DNA of 64,000 bases from NCBI GenBank assembly GCA_965644295.1, contig CBFFRP010000327.1, positions 1-64,000 on the forward strand, written 5' to 3'. The position numbers and the translations under genes are program-made. The notes under the pieces were generated by a model. That model saw only the letters and a list, made by a program, of their open reading frames with translations. It searched no databases and was not told the DNA's origin. Shown one piece after another: positions 1-12,865 of the stretch. Within the stretch, counting starts at the first letter, position 1, and the number at the start of each line of letters is the position of its first letter. Origin of the DNA: Paraphysomonas bandaiensis (taxonomy: Eukaryota > Protista > Chrysophyceae).

Positions 1-226
1 TACAGTAGAACATGTTCAGCTGTAGAATTATTGTGTTGTAGGGAGACACCATAATTTTCTATCACTAACGATTTCTGTAGTATTTGCAAAGAGACTTGTC
101 TTTTGCCTACCTGTAGTGTAGTTTGAACGGAGGACAACGGGCGAACTGGATCCGTGAGTGTTTGATTGATCTGTAGTATCAGTGTTGTATTTTCGATTCA
201 AGTACGTATTTCTCTACGGCATACAT
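1..226 (-). CDS. Possible 5' end of an unknown spliced gene running off the window, divergent from GGH
   Basis: ATG at 226 plus two short GT-AG introns give an open reading MYAVEKY/INQTLTDPVRPLSSVQTTLQ/KSLVIENYGVSLQH... No homology recognised. Confidence 0.3.
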
Positions 227-413
227 ACATAAAACTGTAGGCAGTAGGCAGCAAAGTCAGTGTCATTGCACGTGATTTATTTCATTATTATCCTTTAAAC
301 TATTGTAATAGATAGGAACTCCGTGTGTATCTACTCGTATCTCACAGACACGATCAGATCTCGTATAGCTCAGCTCGTAGTAACGCATAGACCTATATAT
401 TGACTACCATAAC

Positions 414-1469
414 ATGATAGCAAGTGTCCTGTTGCTTCTAGCCTCTGCCCTGCCCTCATCCCTTGCTCTCAATGAATGGCCCATCATCGGTATGTTCACT
501 CAACCATCAAGCTCTTCTCGGGAAGAATGTGGTGGAGACTGCTTGTATTTAGCTGCCTCGTATGTGAAGCAGATTGAACAGGCAGGAGCCAGAGTTGTCC
601 CAGTTAATTATTACGCCTCAGAGGAAGAGATCGATGATTTGTTTCAGAAACTCAACGGATTTTTTTTTGTTGGTGGGGGTGCGGCTTTCCCGAAATCTGC
701 GCAGCGTGTTTTCGACAACACTGTAGCTGCCAATGATAAAGGCGATTTTATGCCACTGTGGGGGACTTGCATGGGGTTTCAGTGGCTCTTGATCAGTGCA
801 AGCCGTGACGTCAACATACTGGACCCGAAGGAAGGCCAGTTCGATTCATACAACTATTCTATTCCACTTGACTTTAGACCCAGTGCCCGAACCAGTAAAC
901 TTCTCGCAGATGCTCCGGATGGTGTTTACGAAATTCTCGCAAAAGAAAATGTCACCATGAACAATCATCACTATGGCATTTATACCGACCACTTTGAACA
1001 GACTGAGTCACTGTCTTCCTTCTTTGATCTTCTGAGTACCAATGTGGACAGACAAGGCGTAGAGTTCGTTTCTACAATTGAGGCATTCAACTACCCCATC
1101 TTTGGAACACAGTGGCACCCAGAAAAAAATACTTTCGAGTACGTGCAAAGTTATATGCACTAATGTGAATTACATGCTTTATTACGTAGGTGGTACAAGG
1201 TTAACGGGGTTCCCTATGAGGCAATTAATCACAGTCCAGAGGCCGTTTTCGTGGCGCAATATACTGGAGACTTCTTCGTCCAGCAGGTAAAATTCCCCAT
1301 TGATCGCAAGACGTATGCCTAACGCATCGAATTCAATTTCTAGGCGCGGAAGAGCACCCACTCTTTTTCATCTGCTGAAGAGGAAGAATCAAAGTTGATC
1401 TATAATTACCGCACCACTAAAACGGGGCCAGACTTTGTTGAATCGTATTACTTCCCGAATGACTTTTAG
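414..1469 (+). CDS. GGH: Gamma-glutamyl hydrolase (peptidase C26), with signal peptide
   Basis: Signal peptide, PIIG and YLAASYVK, catalytic WGTCMG and QWHPEK. Exons 414-1138, 1190-1286 and 1344-1469 join in frame via GT-AG introns. Confidence 0.93.
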
Positions 1470-2646
1470 TCGCCTGTTTTTCTAGCTCTAAATTCGGGAC
1501 TGCTCTACATTACAGGCCCGTCATTGCTCGAACTAATGAGGAAATATAAGTTATATGTGTAGAAATATCACGTTGATCGTATGGTTTATGGTTCTAAGAT
1601 GTATAGCCATAGTACACTATCACATTCAACTTACAGCAATCTTTGATATAATAATAGCAGCATCTTTCGTCGCGGTGGGTGGGAAATATGAATTGTTGTT
1701 CCTCTCTTCATGCACGCGCCAACATATTATGCAAAACTTCTATTGCAATGTAAAATTGATTCACTGAGGACTGGAGCCCTTACTTCTAATAGGAAAAATA
1801 TAGTTTGTTCTATCATAGAAGGAAGTCATAAGCAACATACTTAACATCTTATTCAGTTGTCTCATGATGGCATCCAGATTAAATATAGATGTTTCATACG
1901 GAATCATACACTATAAAGATTAAATCGTTAATATGGCTAGGCAATACGCTTTATAAAATAACTGAGAAGTATTGTGGTCACTGAGCACTAGTAATAGTTG
2001 ATGTGTCCATATAAGGATATAAAGCTGTCACCAAGACATGTGATAAAATAGTGCGTGTCTATTAATTTTCGGATTCTTCTCGCGAAAAGATGAGATTTCT
2101 CTACAGCAATCATTAGTGGATTATGTTTATCGCTTAGTCTTAATTACGTTGTATAGACGTGATACATGAGTTTATTGCATCTTATAGCTTAGTGCTAATA
2201 CATTATACGTTGTACTAGTGCTTAATTTCGTACATTGTATCTTACGGCAGTATTGGTTGCTATGTGCTATGTTCTACGCTATTCGTTCCAGTAGGATCAA
2301 ATCTACTACATGCTTAAATTGCCAAAATGACCTCCAATTGATAAATAGTAGCTTCATCAATGAAAACAATTTGAGTGAAACATGGGATAGATATCTCACT
2401 ACACCAGGTAGATGAGTAAATAATATAACATTCGTTCTTATTCAGCTGCAGTTGAGTTCATAATGTACAGTTCACAATGCCTGTAATTATGGTTATTATT
2501 TCTCTCTATTATCGACCAGTAATTCTCATATCGTACACTTCATCTTATTCCACTAACAGCACAGTCAACGATAGCGTGCATACTCGAGTTCAAAGTTGCC
2601 TGATTGATAATAAGTACACCTTTGCTTAATATTTTTGCTTGTGGTG

Positions 2647-2941
2647 CACAAATATCAAAGATATCTCTGGATATTAATGTACTTAACAAACCTAAAGCGT
2701 TGCTACTTCATGATACTCATAGGAGTGCATTCCAGGCATTGCAACACAAATATCAAAGATATCTCTGGATATCAATGTACTTAACAAACCTAAAGCGTTG
2801 CTACTTCATGATACTCATAGGAGTGCATTCCAGGCATTGCAACACAAATATCAAAGATATCTCTGGATATCAATGTACTTAACAAACCTAAAGCGTTGCT
2901 ACTTCATGATACTCATAGGAGTGCATTCCAGGCATTGCAAC
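2647..2941. repeat. Tandem repeat, 3 x 98 bp
   Basis: Unit cacaaatatcaaagatatctctgg...caggcattgcaa starts at 2647, 2745 and 2843. One substitution (tattaat vs tatcaat) in copy 1. Confidence 0.95.
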
Positions 2942-3309
2942 CATGATGAGTTTACTCCTCCACAGAATGAATGATTTTCGGGACAGAAATGACACATTTT
3001 CATCAAAAAGGTGGATTTTTCATCGTTTCGTCTAATATTCTTGAATTCTTACCCTACAACAGCTTTACAGTAACTTGCTGGAATATTCTCACTTCGCTCT
3101 CCTTATCAAAAATCAATACTCTGGAATACCAGGGAATACTTTGTCCTGTAGATGTATGCGTGTGTATATATGTATGTATGTATGTATTTATTATGTGTGT
3201 GTATGATGTATGTATGGAACATATATATACATGGGAGACAGTGCCCACATTGACTTAAATTCACAGTTGATTTAGTTAACTCTCAATATAGTAATTATCA
3301 TTCTTTTAA

Positions 3310-4477
3310 ATGGATGCTCTTCGGTTATTTCGATCGGTATGATATATCTTTATATCATATTAGTGTTTATAATGTGACACAGGCGCGTGAGTATCTAACT
3401 CCTCAGCTCCAAGAGAGTGCTTTTATTGAGAGGTGATTAGACGATTATAGATCCTATCAGATAACTTTATAACACTTATGAATTGGTAATTACGAATAGG
3501 GGTATACTGACTCCAGATGAGTTTGTAATGGCGGGTGATAAGTTGGTTCATACGTGTCCTGGGTGGTCTTGGTAATACTTTAATGTCTTTATAGAGTGGG
3601 ATAATGTATTGATAGGTGCGCTGGAGATGAGAAGAACATGCGTTCATATTTACCTCGTGATAAACAGTATCTGGTTACAAAAAGTGGTTAGTAATGTATA
3701 ATTGTACTGGTAGTTTGTGTAATCGCGTTGTAAAGTGCCGTCTTATCGACGTGCCACTGCGATGATGGCAGACACTATTCAGGAGAACATGGTAGACGGG
3801 AAGATGGATGAGAATGATGATACCTGGTGTGCCCCTTCTGTTAGTCAGGCGGAGAACAGCGGTGAGGAAAGTAAGTGCAGTGTTACATGTGCTCGCTAGG
3901 ATAAATGCTGGTTGTGCATTCTACAGTTCTGGTAGACGGGACAGAGACCAAGCTCTCTGCGGAAGATAGCAAACCCCCTTCCTCTGAAATAACACCCGCC
4001 AATGATGATGAGTATGACGATATGGAAGCGTATGAAGATGATGCTGTGGCTCTAGATGACGCCGTTGCCTCCTCTGGTGCTGCTGTCAATGACAGAGTGA
4101 TGGCTGCCCGTAGATACGACGTCAGCATAACCTATGATAACTACTACCGAACTCCTCGTGTTTTCCTCTTTGGATACAATGAAGTAGGATCACCACTGTC
4201 TCCAGAGCGAATATTTGACGATATAATGCAAGATTATGCCAACCGCACTGTTACCATTGAAAACCATCCCCACACCGGCCGGGCACAGGCATCAATCCAC
4301 CCTTGCCAACACGGAGCGGCCATGAAGAGGGTTCTGGAAGCCTTACAGCAGTGCGATGCCGTTCCTACTGTGGACCAATATTTATTTATATTTCTCAAGT
4401 TTATGCAGAGTGTGATCCCAACTATCGAGTATGATTACACTATGGGGGTACAGTTGCGTGGAAGTGATAATACGTGA
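3310..4477 (+). CDS. ATG3: Autophagy E2-like enzyme ATG3
   Basis: Spliced reading [50 protein letters not shown]/...[12 protein letters not shown]. Also [17 protein letters not shown], catalytic SIHPCQH and [17 protein letters not shown]. Confidence 0.95.
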
Positions 4478-4665
4478 TTCGTTTGAGTCGGGTGTATTAA
4501 GTTGATCTATAGCCTGCTTATTGCTGGTAGTCAACAGTTTTAAAATCGTCGCATTATTATTGGTAGTCATTCCTTGTAGTCATTAAAATTTGAGAACTTT
4601 TATTGTGAGTAGTTTAATTTCAGTAATTTTCTTGTAAATTTCCTCACCATCATACTTACGTGAAA

Positions 4666-5064
4666 AGTAGTGAATGTCTGATTATTAGCAATAGACGTGT
4701 AAGAGTCAGAACTAATGTAGAAAAACAATTTTACTAACTAGTGCTTAACTCTGATATCCTACTTTGTAGCGCTACGAAAGCTGCTTGTGCCTCACAGCAA
4801 CAGGGCTGCGTAAAAATTAATTGCAATTAAATTGCAAATGTTTTTTTGCAATTATTGGCTATAGCTTGCGCAATTATAATTGCAATTATTATGTATGTTC
4901 TATGTAATTTAATTGCAATTAATTGTTACGCAGCCCTGCACAGCAAGCACCAAGGTGCAGCCACTTTCGCTAAAAAGCAAATACACAGTGTGAAAGTAGT
5001 ACCTTGATATACCTGACATCTGCTGACTTCAAAATTTTTGAGTCTTAAGCAATAAGTAAGTTAG
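4666..5064 (-). mobile_element. Retroposon 3'-end family, copy 1 (5'-truncated LINE or SINE-like), interrupted by a hAT MITE
   Basis: Flanked by the 10-bp direct repeat ttacgtgaaa (4656-4665, 5065-5074). Homologous to about 42027-42200 and, in reverse, to 31020-31115 plus 36744-36866. Confidence 0.75.
4801..4938. mobile_element. hAT-family MITE, 138 bp
   Basis: TIRs cagggctgcgtaa-aattaattgcaattaaatt and its reverse complement. 8-bp TSD cacagcaa (4793-4800, 4939-4946). Paralogous empty sites near 31050 and 42155. Confidence 0.92.
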
Positions 5065-5472
5065 TTACGTGAAAGAGACCTCCATTTGTATAGCGCCAAA
5101 TATCGATTCGAGGCGTTTATAATTTATATAGCATAGAGCAAAGCAATATATGTAAGATAGAAGATAGTGGGTGTGACAATGTTTCAAATAGAAGGAATTC
5201 TGCCGAGATTGTGTGTGTAAGTTGATATCTCTTCATTGAAGCGAAAACGAAAATCTGCAAGGAATTATTTTCTCAGCTAAGATCCAGGTCTACAGATGAA
5301 ATACACAATAGACTTCAGTCGAAATGAAGTTCCAGGAGGAATATACGAATATCATTGACTTACACCAGAATTCAAACACAATGGATACAAATAGCTAGAA
5401 TGCCGTAATTACAGATACACATATACTCTGAGTAGTAAGTATATATTGCTCTCTACAGAATGATGATAGGGT

Positions 5473-7382
5473 TTAAACGTGATCTCTATCATCAGTATGA
5501 GTATCTCGCAACTCAATCGCTTTTGCATTGCTACCAAAGACTGGTTTGGCTTCCGTCTTTCGTTCTAGTGACTTACGGTTGTGCAATGGCTCGCGAATGC
5601 AAGGGTCAAAGATCGTTATCAGAATGGGACTCGACCTGCATATATTAATAAAATAAGCAGTTAGACATCATATGTAGTCCTACATTGTCATAAGTGCAAT
5701 GATAAGCCACATCATCTGGGGCGCAGTGCCGTTGCAGTGAGTATCTTCCGGGACGTAGGTGGAGAGAAGATACCCACTCATTAGTCCAACTGGGATCTTA
5801 GCCGCAAATAGTGGAGCATTCGCTAGGGCAGAGAATGATGCCTCACGTCCCTACGCATCAAGCCGAGAGTTGACATAAGTATACATACTACTATATGCTT
5901 GAGCAAAACTGACCTCAGGTGCTATAGACATAACATAGTCATACAGCCTAGGGCTCCAAATTGCTTCTCCTGTAGTAACACTCGGTTATCAAAGTTCGCA
6001 CACACTCAATGAACTACCACGTACCTAAACTAAGAACAACATTCATACAGGCACAGGCCCAAATGGAAGTAGACCCTGCAAGAAAGAAAGGCGATGCAGC
6101 CGATACATACCCGCCCCACTTTATCATATCGAAATGATTGTAAGTATTAGTCATTGCAGCTACTACAGGGGTAAGAAATATGATCATAAAGGGATTAATC
6201 GAGTAGAGTGTGCCTTTCGGAACGTTGTCACCGAAACACCGCACCAGGTAGGTCGGCTGAGTAGCGTCAAGATGTCGAAATATAGCTCGTAAGTTAACAA
6301 GAAAAAGGGTTAGTACCGCAAACCGGCGGAATGTAGGTGAGTGCAGAAGGTCTTTGAGGACAGTTAGTGGGTCTAGGGTGCTAGGTTGAAATTCTTCTAC
6401 ATCCAATGTGTCCGATTTCTTATCTTTGTCGACTTTCTCCTGCTGTTTGGGTAACTTTTCCTCGAGATGTAGAGGAGACAGAGATGATTCCGCTCCACTC
6501 TGTTCATCATTTTCATCTAGATTTTCCCGAGCGTTTTCAATCAGTTTCACTCCATCGCTCATTTCGATGTGCACACATTCGGATACTTTACCAGTGGAAC
6601 AAGTACTACCAAGTACCTGTTTTGTGTCAATGTGTGATTCCATGCGGTCACCAACTTCCTCGCAAACTTTGATTTCCCGTAGACGAAAGTAAACTATTGC
6701 CACTGAAATTAGATTACCCACTGTGCATGTGAATATTAAAAATCGGTAGCCAGACCAATGAGACGACCCAATCTCGACATCGTCTGGTATGCCGATGTTG
6801 AAGGCGTCAACCATTCCACCGGATACCAGCGCCGCCAAGTTCATTATTGCGTAGTACAGGCCAAACGCAAACCCTAAAATATCATAATTAGAATGTGCTG
6901 TAGTTTCGCAGCAACTTGCCTCTATTTTTTGTTGTGGTATAGCGCTTGGTGGCAATAGTGAGCATTGGTAGTCCGAACGCCAGTCCAATAGGGTAAAAAG
7001 CAAACAATGTAACGTAAAGAAGAATCTTCGAACGAGTACAAGCAACAATAGTAGATGATACTGCTGATATCGTAAATCCCAGTGTGAGTGAGTTCTTTAT
7101 TCCCAAGTTATCATTCACCCATGACAACAGCAGACCCCATCCAGTAATAGCAGCACCAAACATACCATACACAAAACCTGCCTCAATATCTGATGCACCA
7201 AATTCATCATGAATATAAATAACAATTACTTGACTTAATGCAAAGTAAGCATATGATTCAAAGAATTTAAGTGCAAATAGAAAATATAAATCCACAGGAA
7301 ATTGTCGCATTGCTTTTTGACAATCAGCATAGTCTCTTCTTAACTTTGCCATAAGATCATTATATGTTGTGGTAACACTCAT
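5473..7382 (-). CDS. MFS transporter, POT/peptide-transporter-like
   Basis: Multiple TM helices and motifs FFESYAYF, AFGLYYAIMN, YSINPFMII, GREASFSALA. Multi-exon model with stop at 5473-5475; first intron is GC-AG. Confidence 0.85.
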
Positions 7383-7890
7383 TATAAATTTATACTGATG
7401 GGCTAATATCTATGTATTAATGAGATAATGGTTGGTGTGTTCTGGATTAAACAGAAGTATATACAGAGTAGATTCTGTTGAAATCATCCCATTGGAACTG
7501 TATGTGTTCATTCTTGGAGAATGTGTACAAACTACGAACATACACTGTACATATACCCCTCCTACACTGTACATACAGAGTACCTCTATGTACACACATG
7601 TGCATATGTGTGACATACGTACGATACATACACACATACGAAGTACGGTGCAGCAGCAGCAGCAGTCAGTACAGTCTGATGATTGTATATAGACACTGAC
7701 GCACAAGATAGCAGAACAACAGGCAGCATCTCTATAGCAGAATGATACACAGAGATCTTCCACTCTATTCTCATCATGAATATAGTTCCTTGTTACCCTC
7801 TATTTAATCTCTGTATGACATCAATGGATTAAAGATACGGCTACAATATCAAGTATATATATCATATAGACTATAGCTGATACTGTCTGG

Positions 7891-10800
7891 ATGATAAGAG
7901 CACTGCTAGTACTCCATTCATTTCATATTATATGGAGTTTTATATATCAAACAGAAATTCAAGGATTATATTATTTATATAATCAAACGAATGGTGAGAA
8001 ATGGCGATGGAAAAATCAAAACTTATATGGGATTCAATGGAATTTTACTGATACTACAAATAATATGAATCCATGTGATAAGGATTTTCCATGGCAAGGG
8101 ATTAGTTGTAGTCAGCCATGCTTACAGACTAATTGTCACATCACTGGTATTAATTTACGTGCTTATTCTTTGATTGGTCCATTGCCCGCTGAAATGTTTC
8201 CGCTCTTACCGCAATTGTCAGTTCTGAATTTAATGGCTAATAGATTGACGTCGTCGCTCCCAAATACACTGTACAATGCCACTGTACTGAACGAATTGGT
8301 TTTGTCATGGAATAGTTTTTCTGGGTCTATAGCAACGAATATCGATCAACTGAAACACCTCACAAAGCTTGACCTTTCTGGTAATGGCATGATATCAAGC
8401 ATTCCTTCATCTGTTGGTAGTTTGAACAATCTTCAATCGTTACTGCTCACATCTAACTACCTCACTTCCATTATTCCTTATTCCATTGGACTATTGCTCG
8501 AACTCACACAATTAGACATTTCATCCAATTCACTCATCTCTTCAATTCCTGTGTCATTTTACGACTTGACTAAGCTGCAGCTCTTTTCAGTTAAAAACAA
8601 TCAAGTTTCTGGCTGCTTACAGGACAAACTGGTCGAAATGCACGCTTTAGTGCAGCTGAACCTTGATTACAATCTCTTTTCTTGTTCTATACCCGTCAGA
8701 TTGGGTAATCTTTCCCATCTTATCGAATTTTCGATTCAGGAAAACCAATTCACTGGTGAGATTCCTCATGACATCGGCAACGCCACAGCACTGGTAAACT
8801 TGTACTTGAACAAGAACTCCTTGACTGGGACAATTCCAACGTCTATGGGGAACCTGTTGAATGTACAAAACTTGTATTTATATGACAATGCACTTCGAGG
8901 TGTTACAATATATGTTGATTAGACTATGTATTCACTAATAGTTGATATAGGAAGTATTCCAACTACATTCGAGCAACTCAGTGTAGTGAGGTACTTGGAT
9001 CTTCATTCGAACATGCTGACTGGTGCACTTCCAGATTTCAGCAATTTTAAATATATGAATACCTTCAACATGTACTCAAACAAGTTGTCGGGATCTGTAC
9101 AATCATCGATCGGATTCATGACCAGATGTGTGTACCTTGACTTATCTTTTAATAGTTTTACTGGATCTCTCCCACAAGATTTGGAAAGACTGGCGAGCAT
9201 AGAATATATGTATCTCCAAAGTAACCGATTTACAGGCACTCTGCCACAACTCGGAAACTTGACCAGACTAGGCACTCTGTTACTTTACGAAAATCGATTA
9301 ACCGGAACAATTCCTTCGCTCTTACATAACTTGTGCTTACTCCGCGAGTTATCACTTTCTCGAAACCACTTTACGGGGTCCTTGAATGACCTATTTGGAG
9401 ATATAAGTATCTCTTCTACTGATAAACTTATAGAAGTCATTGATGTAAGTGACAATCGAATAAGTGGGACAATACCGGAGGCAATGTTTGCATTATCAAG
9501 ATTGAAGACGGCAGCTCTAGGACTTAATTGCTTTACTGGCTCGATTCCCGAAAATGTGTGCAATTGCAGTAGCATGTCAATACTCTATCTGGATGGTGCT
9601 GGAGCTGCAAATTTCTGCCAATCATCTATAAAAATGCCACTACTAGGTGTGACGTTATTCAATACCCTGAAGGGAAGTATTCCCGAATGTCTATGGTCGC
9701 TAGGAAACCTGACTTCCCTTCACTTGGCTGGCACAGGTGAGAAAGCTGCGTGTGGCTTTGAGATATTAACTCCTCTTTGTTATTTAATATGAATTTTGCT
9801 AGGAATGACAGGTATGGTATTCGTTTTCTCACATGATTGCTTAAACAGTAAGCGAAGTATATAATACTTTTTTTTGCGGTGCGAGTAATTGCGAGAACTG
9901 GCAGTGATGCTCTATTTCACTGATAATTGCTAGGTACACTGGGAAGTATACCACATTCGTCACCTCTTGTAGATTTGCATCTTGAACACAACCATTTGAG
10001 GTAGTGAATATTGTCCATCTTGTCATTATCAATCCTTTTTATATTTATATATTGACTCTGCTACCTAGTGGAATCATTCCTGAGAGCATTCAGCAAAAGC
10101 ATTTTGCCAATTTGAGTATGCAGTACAATAGGGTACGTTAACTTGTAAGTGTGATGTTGTGCGCAGAATTGGCATTTACGATGCATGCTTGTTAAAATTG
10201 ACTTGTCTGCTGCTGTGTCTTACATAGTTTTTGACCATTATAGATTAGTGGGACAGTAGACAGATTACTGCAAAAGCACACGTCGAATCAAGAATTTGAC
10301 ATATCGTCGTCCATAAATTTAGAAGTAAATAGGTTATCCGGTCATTCAAGTCCCTATACTTTGTATGTTGGTTATCTGAACATTTTGCATGGAAATACGT
10401 TCTCGTGCCAGAACTTGCCAGAGAACGATGAGAATGTGAACAAATACTCGTGTGAAAGCATGTCTTTAAACAATGCATACTTTTTTGCAATGGGTGTTTT
10501 TGGTGTAGTACTTATTTTGTGTGGGTTTGTGTGGCTAGTGCACTATATGAAGCAGCGCCAACGTCCAAGAGGGTGTTATGATAGTTGTGAAACTTCGTTT
10601 TTTTCAGCTCTCTCCAGAATTTGTCATTTCATAATATTACGCTGTAGATGGGTTTACTTCCTCTATCACTTCTTTGACGAGCAAAATGACGTGATTTCCA
10701 CTGAAGACCTCTGCTTTCCTTCTGGTATTCGAAACTTAATACAAGAGTTTCAACGTGTGTCGAAGATGGTTTCAAGTTCTGCAATATTAATCGTTTTGGT

Positions 10801-12865
10801 TTCACTTCCGTTATACATAATAAAGCTCCGTGATGTTGGTGTGGAAAATAGAATGATTTCCACGCAAACTTACACATACTGGTGGGTATCTACACTCGCA
10901 TATTCATCAGGTGAGATAGTCTGCTGTTTTGTAATAGTGCATTCATGACATATATGTACCCAAAAAATATTTAATTGTGTTTTACTTTTACAGGAAACTT
11001 GTCAGCGGCGTTACTTCTATGCTCTTGGGCGGTTGCTATTGCCGTGTTGTATGTTAGCATGAAACTTAACCGCCATCGATTTATAACTAGTTCTGTGGAG
11101 TTAACTAATGTTAAAGACTCCACATCATCGAAATCACAATCAAGTTATGTTGCAGTATTTATTGTTGTTGCAGTCGATGTTGTTGTAGTATGTACAGTGA
11201 ACGGCTTCTACGTGTATATGTCATTGCAGTTGTTGTCTGATCGAATTAGCACACTCCTTCATTTATCTATGGCGGTATTCAACGTATTGTGGAATGTTAC
11301 TTTTATGAATACGGCACTGAAGCAGATTTCGTCTGTTTCTACGAGGTCTTATTTGAAGCTCCTTCTTGGGATTTTTAATTGGACTCTTTTGCCCTGCGTT
11401 GTTGTCGCGCTTACAAGTGAGAGCTGCTACAAGGTGACTAATCCTGACTTTTCGATATTGGATTCTAAATTGCTAAGTTTTGCCCAATGACAGGGTATAT
11501 TCATTGCGAACGACTCCATTGAGACCTATTATAGCTACAATATGTGCGTTAACGTGGGAGGGGGGCCCTTTTCTGCATGCGAAGGGAGTATTGTGACCAC
11601 TACTTATTTGTCCGTTGTTCCTCCGTATTCTTACAATTACGCTTGTGCATCAGAACTTATAGTTGATTATGTACCAGTGTACATATACTCCTACTCGATG
11701 CTGCTTCTGTCTTTCATTGTGATTCCCATGATATTTGTAACCAGCCAGCACAATGACGATGTTTCAGTGTTTTGGTTCTTTGAGCGTATTGTTGGTGGGA
11801 TCATTTGGCCTAATCGTTGGCTTCGCTCAGATATTGCCTCATCATATACTAGTCCAGCAGGTTCCAACAATTTCAAAAATGAAAGTCAAAATTTGTTTGT
11901 CCCATCATCCCACGTACTTTACAGACCTTTTGGGGTGTTGACGGAAGCGGTGAAGCATTTTGCCGTTTTACTCACCTTCGGACTGACGTCACCAGCACTT
12001 GCAATTGGTTAGTAGTTTGTGCTTCATAGATGCCAATAATATCTTTGCATTCAAACTTCAGACTCTTCAAAATATGTTCTGATGTACGGTACCTTAGCCT
12101 GTGTGCCCTTCCTAACAGCATATATATGTTGTGCTATATCATAAACCGTTCGCCTTAGAAAAACTTTTTCTCTTTTAACGTTTATGCATGTAGCTGTTGC
12201 ATGTACAGTTTATCAACAGTTCGCAGTACATCGAATATTTTTAGCTCGATTTATATGTCGCCGTGGGGGGGTTGACAAAGATCTATACTGGAACGAAGTG
12301 GAAAAACTTGGTATCGGTGGTAACCTTCACACTGTTAGCCTTGTAAAAAAAATTGTAGATAACAACAATGTTGACAAGGTCAGTTGACAAGCAGTACAGT
12401 AATTACCATGACTGTTGCGTTGCAGGCTATACATGCACTAAATGATACAGGAAATGATGTGGGATTAGTCATGGAGAGCTGTCCGTGGCTATTGATTTGG
12501 GCATCTGCCGTCTTTGTGGCGATAGTATCATTGTGGGTGACATATTGCATTCGTACTGATATACTTATATACTGTTGATTAATGTTCTTAGTGTTTGTCG
12601 ACTATATTTCTCCAGGAAGTAATATGTGTGCATCTGCATTGGCAGTGATTTTGCAGGTGATGTCCACGGCTTGGTTGGAGCCATATGGGCTCCTATAGCT
12701 ACTATTTCACTGGTAATATTACTGCATATACTTGACTACTTTATTCGAGAAAACGAAAAGTCAAGACGTTTCCGTCAAAATGATAGCGTTAGAGAGATGA
12801 GGCGACGGAGCGATTCTCATGACTCTCGTAATCCAATTGTTGAAGTCATGCAGTTTAGGATTTAG
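7891..12865 (+). CDS. LRR ectodomain protein with about 10 C-terminal TM segments and no kinase domain
   Basis: Signal peptide, LRR N-cap (W..QW..PC..WQGISC), about 20 LxLxxNxLtGxIP repeats, then hydrophobic exons at 10361-12865. Confidence 0.82.

Noticed and set aside
2647-2941. 98-bp array as a CRISPR array
   Set aside because: Contiguous tandem units with no unique spacers, no cas genes, and a eukaryotic context.
4750-4800. Hammerhead ribozyme in the retroposon tail (ctgata...cgaaa)
   Set aside because: The CUGANGA core is not matched (ctgatat) and the flanking stems could not be built.
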